The translations under genes and the position numbers were made by a program. Of a DNA stretch of 64,000 nucleotides, positions 52,884 to 64,000 are shown piece by piece. Every line of letters begins with the position of its first letter. Position 1 is the first letter of the stretch. Below the pieces are notes generated by a model, which was not told the DNA's origin, did no database searches, and was given only the letters and a program-made list of their open reading frames with translations. Source of the DNA: Camelus dromedarius. Lineage: Eukaryota. Location of the stretch: positions 2,480,001 to 2,544,000 of the forward strand of contig NC_087461.1 of the NCBI RefSeq assembly GCF_036321535.1. Direction: 5' to 3'.

Positions 52884-53664
52884 GCCCCCGAGGAGCACGC
52901 AGTGCAGAGACGGATGTTACATGCGTCTCTGACATGGGGTTATGCCGAACAGTCACACGGAGTTTGGAGGATAGAGGGGGCTCAGGGACAGTTTTGTTGG
53001 GAAAGTTACAACTGAGCTGGTACCTGGGAGTGAAGAGGGGTGAGCAGTGGAAGAGGGAAACGGAAGCGATTTGGGTGGAAGGAAGAGGACCTACACGTTC
53101 TGGAGGTCAGTCAGGGCTGCGTGGGCACCAGGGGCTCCTGAGAAGCAGGGCAGGGGGGCTGGAAGGGAAAGAGCTTCGGGGTGAGGGAAGAAGGCTGCTT
53201 GGTCCCAGTGGGGCTGACCACACAAAACTCTTAAGCCATTTTAATGTCATGGTGTTATCCTAAGATACGGGACACCAATGGACCGGTTTGAGTAGGTCCT
53301 TAACATGAAACTTGTGTCTAAAAAGCCGCCTCTGACTGCAGGGGGAAGAACAGTCGTGAACACGTGCTGCCTTGGGGGACCACTTAGAAAGCTTGTTTAG
53401 TCGTCCAGTAAGAAACATTTGGAGCATGAACTGTGCTGTTATGATGGAGAGTGAGAGGAGTAACGGTATCGGGGAGAAACTATACAGTGAAACCAGCAGG
53501 ACTCGCTTCAGTAGAAGGCACACTTGGCTCTGGGATGAGATCCGAGTTCTAGGCTACAAGTAACTATTAAGAAACTTGTTACACGAAGCACTTAAAAGGA
53601 GAGCTTAGACAGAAATCTTTTAAATTAAATTATGGTTTATTGTTATGAAACTGATGATGAACGA

Positions 53665-53875
53665 AAGCAGTCAGTGTTTAAGGCTTCAGGCACTGGGTCA
53701 AGGATGTCTTCACCTGAGCCCCAGATTCACCATTTACTCACTTAAACCTCCGTGTATCTTTTTCTCAGTAACATGGAGCCGCCAACCTCAAGTGGTTGTT
53801 GCAAGAATAAAGTAATGAAAAAAAAAAAGTGCTTAGCAGACACGTGGCACATTCCAATGAGCTAAATAAATATCC
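53665..53875 (+). mobile_element. MIR
   Basis: gagccccagattcaccattt...ggttgttgcaagaataaa...agtgcttagcagacacgtggcaca. Confidence 0.6.
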
Positions 53876-54142
53876 TTTATTATTGAAATTATTCCATCAT
53901 TACCATTATTACCTGGGAAAAGCATTATGATAAAAGTTAATTCAAACAGAGGCAAGTTTCTATTGATTCCAATGTTCCTGACGGGGCGGGGCTGGAAACG
54001 GCTGTCCTTGAACAGGGGCGCCCAGTGTAAAGGGAGGATTGCGAGGGCTAATGTTGGGGAAATCTGTTTATCTTCGACGTCCCCCAGGGCACTCAGGCAG
54101 CCCTGAGCAGCTCACCCGTTCGCTTGTTTGCCTTTGGCTTAC

Positions 54143-54252
54143 TCGAGGAACAGGGAAACAGGGAAGAAATGCTGGATCGATTCCTTGCAGTAACATGGTA
54201 CCGTGAGTTGCGTAATTATTATAGAGATAATCAGCACGTAGCGGGTTTAGTT
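54143..54252 (-). CDS. Internal coding exon of an unidentified multi-exon gene (LNPLRADYLYNNYATHGTMLLQGIDPAFLPCFPVPR)
   Basis: Minus strand: ttttattcatcctag| acceptor and CGA|gtaagc donor. 110 nt, open frame, phase 1 to 0. CpGs retained in an AT-rich context. Confidence 0.62.
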
Positions 54253-56589
54253 CTAGGATGAATAAAAGAACGTGGATTTCCATATTAGCTGATAACATTT
54301 ACTCTAGATAACATATACTAACAATCACTTTGGATATCATCCTGTTGTTTCATTAGTCTGGAAAACAAATATTTTTTGCTGCTTTCAATACTCAGTTTAG
54401 TTATCCCACTAATTCAAAATTGTTCAATTTCAGCACACGTATTTAATTGGCTACTACAGGGCACCGATCGATATTTGGGCTTGCAAAGCGAAATCCATAC
54501 CACATATTTGCACTAATATATGTGCTATGTCTTGATTCATCTTTTTATTTTAGGATAAAAGGAAATCAGGGAAAATGCATTTGCCAATAAACCTTAATAT
54601 ATTTCTCCCTAGAGCAGTTACCACAAGACTAAATTTCAAAGCAGCACAACTGTGCATACACTAGGCAAGTCAAATATGTCAGTCCCTACTCATTTGGTCA
54701 AAGTGAAGAATTTTTTAAAAAGGGAAAATCAGTTTCTGTTGAATTTCCTTTCATGCCTTATGTTAGAAATTTGTAAAACTGTCTCTTGCTAGCTCTCAGA
54801 GAGTGAAGGAACAATGAATTCTGCTCCAGGCTAGTTGCTTTTCAGGCAGACCTGTCAGGAGAGAGACAGACAGTAGAGGGTAATTCATTCCTGCCACTGG
54901 GTCTCAAGTGACTTGTGAAGCAGCCTGGAATCTCTGAAATATAAATAGCATGAACTTACAGCAGGAAACAGTGTTCTTCGCGTTTACAGAGAGGCAAAAG
55001 ATGAATGGTGAGCAACGGAATCCGGGATTTAAGAGCTAAAAGGGGGGCATTTTGTCAGACTTTAAAGGACACAACTTCATCAAGGATTATTGCGAATCAC
55101 TGATTCCCAGAGTTTTACAAGCCTTTTATTCCTCAAAATGATCTCAGCATGCAAGTAAATCACATGCAAATGAGATCTGGATCAAGATACGAAAATAAAA
55201 TGTGCCAATGAAAACAGAATGAATGGGGAGAACTAGAAATAGCCAACGCGGGCTCCAAGCTCTGTGTTTTTGCTAATTAATTCAGCATGTACCCCACATT
55301 CCAATAGTAGCAGACACTGAGCCCCCATTCAAACTGTCAGTGTATCCTAAACCGAAACAGAAGTCTGGGCCCCATGTCCGGGTCCTGCTAGCAGAGCCGG
55401 CTGGGAGATGCCGCTGTTTTCTGGGTTCACAGGGTTCCCGCGTGGAGAAGGAATCTGACACCACTCGACAGTATTCACCCCATGGAGTTTGCAAATCTGT
55501 GTTTGTGTTTCTAACACTAGTACATTGAGGTAGTCAGGAAAAATATGAGGAGGTATCAGTGAAAGCAAGCCTCTGGGAAAGTTCTTTTTTTTTTCCTTCC
55601 TGTCTTTATGTTTTGCTATTATTTCACATGAGAACACGTCTCAGAACTGCTTGTCTTTAGCCTAGAACTGTCCCCCTTTGGGTTCATTTGGCAGAGGTTT
55701 TTCAGGGAAGAAGCATGGAAACATCCTTTAGCTGTGAACTTGTCGTCAAGGACAGACCAACAAGGATGGAAAATGAATGATGTCAGGTTCACACCTGCTT
55801 GTCACACCCCCAGGGCAAGGGGTAGTCTTGGTCTCGGGCTCCGGGGGTCCGCGGTCGTTTCACTGAACGCTCCTCCCTGCCCATGTCACAGGAGGCGTTT
55901 TTGCATGCCACCCCGTTTCCAGTATCAATGGGGGCTAAGACTCAGGCTGCTCTATGACCATAAAAAAGTGAACGCATAACTCAAGCCATTCTTGTTAGAA
56001 TGCAGCCCGCCCCGCTAGGAGACCTGTAAAGAGCCTCCTCGCCAGGAAGATGGAGCCGGGATGCTAGTCAGCATGGGTGTAACCCTAGCGCCTTCCAGTC
56101 CTCTCCCATTTAAGCTTTTACATTAACTGTGCAACCTGGGTGCACAATTTTATAAATACTCACAAAGCAAAATTTGTTGCTTATGCTGTTAAATTTTTCT
56201 GTTAAGCTTTTATCTGGTTATAAATTTGCTTCCCATAAGCTTTTATCTGATTATGAATTTGCCTATTTCTCAGGTAATTTTGCAATTACCTACTATAAAT
56301 ATTTAATTTTTTTCACTTTTCCTCAAGGGAGCAATAAAAATTGATCCATATCTAAGTGCATTGATTCTTCTTCTGTCCAGTCTGCTGTTAAACTCACCCA
56401 GCGACTTACCCCAGGGCTGTCTTTTAAACGAGAACATGTATTTGTTCTCTGGGCACATATTCTGTTAGGCCAGTATGTTCTGCTGTATTTTCCTAATCTC
56501 AGGTTATAGCTTTGAAGTGCACAGTCTGTCGTCATGTATGAAACTGTTACCACATGCTCCGTTCAGGGCTGACACGGGTCAGACACTGA

Positions 56590-56790
56590 CATGACACCTG
56601 ACAGATGTGAGTCTCACTGTCCTCCCCAAGAGGCCCTGCTATTTGAAGACGACACCCTCGCCGTCATCCTCTGCCTTCTCCTGGGTGTGAGTGAGACACC
56701 AGTGTGCGACCATCAGCCCTTGTCCCAGGGCCAGACTTTCATCAACGTGCCTTAGTCCATTGTGTTACAGCAGCCCCGAGATGAGGGCTG
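56590..56790 (+). mobile_element. MLT1 LTR 3' fragment
   Basis: Ends in ttgtgttacagcagcccc, typical of MLT1 3' ends. Confidence 0.45.
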
Positions 56791-57929
56791 TCCTACATGT
56801 ACAAAAAGTCAGAATTACTACCATTTCCCCCACGAGGGTGTGTCTTTGATGTCAGCAAATATATTTTAATCAGCTGTGTTCCGCCAATGCACAGCCTAGT
56901 CTGTGGCCCTGGGCAGCATTCACTGAATGTTAGCTGAGCAAATATTCTCCCCGCTCTGACCAGCTTTAAAAACATCGTCACCCAGTGCTCTCAAGTCCAT
57001 TCTTCTTTATTCAGCGCAAATTACATATTCATTACCCTGCGACCTATAAGATGCCAGAGCAGTTACAAGAAAGCTGGACGGTAGCTCTGACCTCTCAAGG
57101 AAGCTTTGGTGTTAGGCAAGAACAGGAGAGCTCTTGGCTCCCAAAATGAGAAGTTTAGGGAAAAGCCCCTGCAGGCAAACCAGGCTTAGGGCCCACAAGC
57201 GTCTCTGACCCACGTCACCAGTTTGGCCCCATTCCCAGCGCCTGGGGAAAGGTGCTCACAGGGGCTCCTCGCAGAGACCAACCCCAGAGCACGGGCAGGA
57301 GGGCCAGACACCTGCCCTGGAGCCAGGGGCCGGGGCTGCCACTCCACTAACCTCTCTGGGCCTCGGCAGCTTCCACTGGAAACCTGAGACAGGATCCCCT
57401 GTCTGCTATCGGGGCCGCGTCGCCCCCTGCCAAATGAGGAGGACATGAAAGCATCTCTAGTCAGCGCCTGCCCGGGTGCCGCTGCAGGCGCAGCAGGGCC
57501 CGCTCTCAAACGCAGACCCCAGCGGCACAGAGGGATCCGAGCAGCCCGTCCGGTTCCCACCGGGCCTTGTGGTAAACAGAATTGGACCTGGTCACAGGGC
57601 CCTTGTTCTTACCTGGGCTCTCACGTTTCTCCCAGGAATCTGGATTTTACACTAAAAAACAACAGGCGCAGATCTCTCGGCGGCGTGATGGCGGCAATGG
57701 GCCCGCTCTGAACTGCAGGTCTGCAACGCGGCCTGCAGCCCCGGCACCGTGAGGACTGGCTGCTTAAACTCCGCTAATCCTGCCAAAAGTCCTTCCCCAT
57801 ACTGATTTTTGGGGGGTTATAGTAACTATAGTCAGGGTCTTCTGAAGGTAACGCCAACAACAGCAAACCTTTTTTCCGCAACCTCCTTTTCCTGATGAAT
57901 TTTCACACCTTTGAGTGCGGATGGCTTAC

Positions 57930-58085
57930 ACGGAACTTCCAATCTCTGAAAACAGCCTGGATAGCCTGTGCCACGCCATCCGTCAAAGCAAGCGCATCCT
58001 GCCCCCCCTCGACTTTCCGAAGAATCCGTGTCAACGCGGGGATGTTGAATTTTCCGTCAAACAATGGGATGGCGACTTGAGTCAT
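57930..58085 (-). CDS. Candidate first coding exon (MTQVAIPLFDGKFNIPALTRILRKVEGGQDALALTDGVAQAIQAVFRDWKFR)
   Basis: aaaATG start after an in-frame stop, 52 open codons, CGT|gtaagc donor. Ends in phase 0, so it cannot join 54252 (phase 1) directly. Could instead be an enhancer. Confidence 0.3.
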
Positions 58086-58619
58086 TTTATGTAAATTTCA
58101 AAGGGCAGAACGTCCTGAAAGTCTAAAGGCCTGGCAACCCTCCGGTGCGGCGGGACAAACCCCTGAAATCACCTGAAAGTTTCAATACGCCTTTTGGACT
58201 GAGAGCTCTTCCAGCCTCAGTAACTGACAGTGATCCTTCCAATCCTAATGGCTCTGGTTATATTTTTTCCTAGGAGAGCTCAGCTTAGTAATCCTTTCTT
58301 AAATTTTTCTCTAGTTTTTAGTGCAACTATGCCTCTAGAAACAGGAATGTATCTTTCAACATTTCTAAAGGGGACTCTTCGGAAAAACCCCAGGCATTAC
58401 TGGTTAGCGGATGTAACTTTAAATCGTCAGCTAGAGAACACGGCATAGGATGGCTTAGCTTAGTCCACAGGGACGCGTGCAACCAAGTACACGCCACCTT
58501 TTCTAGCCTTTGCTACCCTCCTGGGTCTCATAAGGAGTTCAGGTCTCATTCCAAACCCAGCTCTACCTCTTGTCCATAAGAAACATACAAAGAAGCCCCA
58601 TTAAAAACTGGCTGAACGA

Positions 58620-58760
58620 AAGAAGTGCTTACTGAACATCTGCTACATACAGAACACAGTGCTTGTTCTTACGGAAAATAAAAATGAACAAAAAAGCAAA
58701 AAACAAACAGGCAAACAAAAAAACCCTGAACACGACAGTTTTTATGTTCCAAGGCTTCAT
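58620..58760 (-). mobile_element. L2 3' fragment
   Basis: gtgcttactgaacatctgcta...aacacagtgct...aatgaac. Confidence 0.45.
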
Positions 58761-59526
58761 AAGCCATCGATGAATCTTACTGAATGACCTCCACAAAGGT
58801 AATTTTGGGATTTAAGAGAAGCTGAAGTACTTCGAAGCAAGTATTTTAAGGATGAAAAGGAACTCTGACACACAGGTTAACATGAAGGTGAAGTTTTCCC
58901 CAGTGGATGCAATAAACGTAATGGGATGGGTGAAGATAAGGGGTGTTTCAGGGAGCTCGTGGGATACGGAATAGGGTGACCCGGGTAGATTTAGGATGTA
59001 TGTGGCAGGCGCATGCATCGGGAAAGACAGTTTGGGAATGGGCCACTGACAAAGAGGGCGACCTGTACGTGGTGTGCACAGCAAGGCTCTGAGGCAGAGC
59101 CCGGGGCCGGGGCACAGTGAGCATCAGGTGCAGCTTGGGCAGTGATTCCCTGCCTTGAACAATTCCAGCTTCCTCTGCTAAGTCTCTTATGCTGAAAGAA
59201 CAGAAATTAACTCATAAATCGGGGAGCATTTCCACAACCTTAATAGATCAATTTTGAAATGTCCTTAGTAGGAAGCCTGTTTCAAGCTAACTTTTCTCCT
59301 TCTCCTTCTCCTTCACAGGAACAGCTCCATCAGGACATGTCTACGCAAACAAAAAAGCCATAAAGTCTTTAAAATCTACCGCCAAGGCCGTTAAGATTTT
59401 TTCTTTTTTGACCTTGGAGTAAATCTTTCTCAACCACAGAGATTCTGTCCCAAAATGTGTACAATAGGTGAGAATCATTGCCTAAGTGCAGACTAACACT
59501 CGAAATACCTGGAGCTGCAAACTTAC

Positions 59527-59595
59527 ATCTGCTTTCGATTTGCTGCATGACGCTGGGAAACGCCTTTGCGCTTCTCTTTTCTGGTTCCTTCATCA
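59527..59595 (-). other. Candidate upstream exon (coding or 5'UTR; MKEPEKRSAKAFPSVMQQIESR)
   Basis: cttttattaacaccattctag| acceptor and GAT|gtaagt donor; 69 nt. Confidence 0.28.
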
Positions 59596-62500
59596 CTAGA
59601 ATGGTGTTAATAAAAGTCGTCACCTGTCTGCCTTCCAGGGATGCTGTGAAGATAAACTCACATCCTTAGTCAAGCACGCAGCTAACAGACTTCTCAATAG
59701 TGACTGTATTAATGACCATGACAGCAGCGAGGAGACAGCGTCCTGCTGTGGGCACTACAGCTTATTGGCCTGGGAACTCAGCTCGAGGCCTGTGGCTGCC
59801 GAAACCTGTGATGAGGGGAAGTTCTCACTGGCACACTCTTTGGAGATGTCTGTTTCTCCAGCTTTTCCGCAGAGATTAGAAATATTTGTCTGCATTGGAT
59901 AGGTGGGGAGAGAGTTTATTCTTAACGGTTTTAGATTTAATAATAAATAATGGTACTTTCTGCTTGCCTCCATGCATAATACATTTTTAAGGATCAAACA
60001 GGCTGGTCACTTTACTCTTATTATTTGTCTTTTAAATGCTGACAGAAACTGGGACAGAATGCACACAGGACTGACCCACCCAGCACGGGAAGAGGGAACC
60101 GCCTGTGTGGCGTGATTTGCTGAAGGCGGGAGCCCTCGGGCCTTTCCTTAACGTGCCTCCCGGGGGGAGATTCTCAGCATCCAGTGTTCAGGGACGGAGA
60201 CACTGTTTTCTGTGAGAGGCTCGCACATTCGGTCGGGTCTAGTGGGCCGGAAATATGGCTGGAGGCGGTGGCACTGCGCCCCGCGGGTCTGCGTGGGCCA
60301 GGTGAGCTGCCTGCTCTGACAGGTGAGGCCCAGGGCCCGGCAGGCAGCAGGTGTCTCCAGGACAGCGTCCTGCGTGCTGTGCCAGAGGCCCAGGCCCTCT
60401 GCTGGGTGGCGGTGCTCTCTGTGACTCCCAGCCCTTCATTCGGCCTTCCAATTAAGAGTGAGGACTTAGTGAGAGGTCTGGTGGCCAGACCACTAAGTGG
60501 TAACATTCCACAGGCAGAAACTCACGCACGTGACCACCTCTGACTGCAGGGCGATGGGGAAGCGTATCTCGCTGTGTTTCCAGCAGGTGAAGGGAACCTC
60601 TGTGGTCTCTTTCTCAGGCCCTAGGCTAAGGTAGGAGTGGTGGGCGCCATGGCTTTGCTGTCAGAGAGCCATCTGGCTTCCTCCTGGCCACGGGACCTTT
60701 GGGACACTGTTTAACATTGTTCATAATGGCGTCCACTCTTGGGCAAGTTCTCCTCCTCCTCCTCTTTGCCTTCAGGATGGTGTGAGCATCAGTCAACAGT
60801 GCACGTGGAAGTTACCACTGTGCGTGGGACCGAACACATGCTCGAGGACTCACTGGTTCACATTATTTTGACATACGCTGCAAATCTTTGGGACAGTGGT
60901 AACCACAGTGGGTTACAGGCACTTCGGTTTCTCTCCCTTTGTCAGCTGGCTAGACATGAGTTAAAAGAGTTTTCAGTCTTCTAGGCATCAAATAATGAGG
61001 ATATTAGTGTGTGTGCTGACTCTGCACCCATGTTCCTGAAAGACAGAACATGGGGAAAATTGGGGGCTGCAAAATTCAACTGCAGTTACAGTGTTCCTCA
61101 GATATGTAGTTTCCTTTCCGAATGTTTTGAAGAAAATGTGTGAGTGGAAAGAAATGAGCCTTTTAAAAATAATAAACGGCACGAGATCTGGTGTCTTTTG
61201 GGATTTGAGTCTCCTGTGCTCTTCAGCCGGCCGATCTAGACTAATTGAATCCGCTTAATTGAGCTGCAAATCTATGAGGGTGAGTTCTTAAGGGATTTTG
61301 CAAACATCCTGCTTACAGATAAATCAAAATGATTACAAAGCAGTCCTTCTCACTGTGCTGGGCTGCAGGAGACTACGAGATGAAAAATGCACACTCTCAA
61401 CTGTGGAAAAGGGCTGGTGTCGGCCCAGGATCGCCTGTGCCCAGATGCTGCCGCTGGCTCCTGCTTAAAGGGAGCTTTCTCACTTTAAATCTGAGCGATG
61501 ATCTTCTGTCTCCTGGAAACAGGATATGCAGATTGAGATGTTTTCCCCATCGACTGGCCTTCTTGCCCTACTACTAAAACGTTCAAAGTGTTCTGAATAA
61601 ATAGTAATTAAAGATGCAGCTTTGGGAAAGGAAGGTAAGTCACAGAAACCCTGAAGTGAATGTAATTTCTCGGCACACTTACATCATCAGTGTTCGGAGA
61701 TCTGCCTGCAGTTAAAATTCAGGGAATGAAGCTTTCTGAATTTCAAAATGCGTATTGTCCTATCAGAAGGAAAAAAAAATAAAAAGATGTGGCTAAAAAC
61801 CAGGTGTTGGAGGCCAGCTGAGATCGAAGTTTGGCTGTTCCTGGGCGTTTTAAGCACCATGAATAATGTAAACCCTGTTTTCTGAAAATGCTTCAAGAGA
61901 AAGAATTAGCAGTCTACCCTGCTCTTAACAACTTCATCTTTCCCATGTTCAGTCGCTATTTACACACACAAGAAATGGGAGTCGCGTGTTTGTACTTAAG
62001 ACTCATCAAGCCAAAATATGAAACGAATAAAATCAACCCCCTTGTTAGGTGAAATTTCATTTACACACCTGAACAAATGACTCTGTTTCTTTAGCTTCAG
62101 TATTCTGGGTAGACTTTCTTATATTTTAGCATGAGACATAGTAGTAAAAGATTAAGTTTTTCTGCAAAATATTACTGTTGGTGCATTTGAATATTCTATC
62201 CCTTTAACAGTAGAATTTTATTTTTTTTGAAAAATTAAACCTCAGCATCAAAGTGGGCAACATAAGCAGTGGGTTTATAAAAGCAGAATTCACCCTTTTC
62301 CCAAACACGTTACCTATGAGAAAAATAAAGAGGATTTTAAAACTAGATTTTCAAATAATTATTTTTTTTACAGTTTATTTAAAAAACTATCTTAAACCAG
62401 GTTGGGAAATTGACACCTGCCTTGAAGGCAATGTCCCTAACACTTAAAATGTTCCAATGAAAAATCATCCCCTGACACGGTCAAATTAAATTTCAGAAAG

Positions 62501-63399
62501 TTCATCCAGTAGCTGCTTGGTCTTTACTTTACTTCCAGATTCATTTTATCATATGTACCATAAATTGAAAAGCAACAGGAAAAGTTATGCTGAGCAGCTG
62601 TCCCGCTAATATAAAAATGCAGGGAATGAAATTAACTACGGTCTATGATTCCATCTCAGTGCCGATGATGGGGAAGCAGCATTCCAGAGGGGCCTTCCGT
62701 TGCTGCCATCTATAAACATCCACGGGAACAGGTGCGTGTTCTCTACAAGCAGGCGGAATAAGGCATTTAGATTCTAAAGACGGACTCAGAGCAACTAAAA
62801 GCTCAGTGATCTAAAAAAATCCAATCTTTCCTCACAAATTTACATAACTCCTTAAAATTGCCCCTATATTGATGGCTTTGGTGCATATCATTTTAGGGCC
62901 TCTGAGATCCTGAGCTAAAAAAAATACAATAGCTGATATTTGTGGGATGGACTGTGTGTAATGGAGCAGTTGCACACCCACTGTCTCTCAGGATCCCAAC
63001 TCTCAGGTCTTATGGGCGACAAAGTGGGGGAGAGCTCCGTGGAGACGTACGGGCCCTGACAAGCACACGACAGAGCCCAGGGTTCTTAATCCAGGCCACA
63101 CTAGACAGTGACAATGACAATGGTAGCTTTACCCACTATTTCCTTGTATATTTTAATGTGTCTTATCTGGAAAATCTAGGAAACTTCATTGTGATGGAGG
63201 GAAAAAGGACATAATGTGTGAGGCATGGATCCCTGTCAAGAAAGATGGGCCAGCTTAAATGGGAAGCTCAGGGAAAGAGAGAAGGTCCCCCTGCCTCAAA
63301 AAAGGAGAGGATTAAGGGCAGCTCTCAGGTTTCCTGGACAACCACCATTCCACTCAGAACAACTAAAAAGGCTGGAAGGAAATTTAACGCGTGCCCCCT

Positions 63400-63472
63400 C
63401 ACACACGCACATACACACACGTGCAAACACATGCACACATGCATGCACATATGCATGCACATGCACACACAC
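63400..63472. repeat. (CA)/(CATG)-rich alternating purine-pyrimidine tract
   Basis: acacacgcacatacacacacgtgcaaacacatgcacacatgcatgcacatatgcatgcacatgcacacac. Confidence 0.85.
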
Positions 63473-64000
63473 TGCATTCCTCAGCTGTCAAGAAAGCGAG
63501 GCATTCTAAAAAAGAATGTGAATCCAAGAGAAAGCAAAACATTGAATCTGGATTTCACTCTTAGATATGTGATAAAACCTGGTGAGATGAGTTTTTATTT
63601 AAAAACTGAAGATTAGGAAGGGGCATGGCCAAGGCACAGAGTCCAAGAGCACCCCAGAAGTCCACACCCAGCAGAACGGTGCACTGGAGTCAAACTTGCC
63701 ACATAGATGGAAACAGGAAAGGGTCCTGGCTCAGGTTGCAGGAAAAATGCAATCTTCTCTTAGAATTCCTAAGAAAAGCCAATCGATGCATGCGATTAAG
63801 GGCTGGATTTATCCCATCTGTTGGGAGGATAAAACACCTTTAAAGAAATTTATTGTGGTCCCAAGTTTACGGGACACACAGAAGAAAATGCAAATCCTTT
63901 TGGAGGAATGGCACCTCGACCTCCTCTGCAGAACATCCTCACACACACACTTGTAAGAAAGGAGAGATGACAGACAGAAAACCACAAGGCACATCAGAAA

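Noticed and set aside
1-64000. CRISPR arrays, rRNA genes, prokaryotic operons or defence systems
   Set aside because: No regularly spaced direct repeats or dense prokaryotic gene packing. The sequence is mammalian. The 13-mer copies are kilobases apart and do not form an array.

Overview
Mammalian genomic DNA, most likely camelid (alpaca/camel), inferred from one tRNA-derived SINE at 48074-48204 resembling the camelid Vic-1 type as I recall it. No prokaryotic features, CRISPR arrays or genuine rRNA/tRNA genes. Most supplied ORFs are noise (CpG-island shadow ORFs, L1 remnants, simple repeats). The main coding signal is a minus-strand multi-exon gene assembled by hand from splice sites. Six exons (54143-54252, 28741-28813, 27742-27854, 7518-7535, 5460-5483, 4882-5019) join in frame to a stop, and two of them are microexons. 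I do not recognise the protein and give no symbol. The rest is intronic or intergenic: old L1/L2/MIR/MaLR/MER5A remnants, several ERV-type solo LTRs, two intronic CpG islands (~15.7-16.6 kb, ~22.9-23.5 kb) and a 135-N gap. Two observations stand out. (1) An unexplained 13-mer, CTACGAGGTAAGG, containing a strong 5' splice site, occurs three times on the plus strand. (2) Short stretches of ancient L1 appear to have been converted into CpG-island-like sequence, suggesting local GC-biased gene conversion. Repeat family calls are from memory of consensus sequences, not from a search, and their boundaries are approximate.
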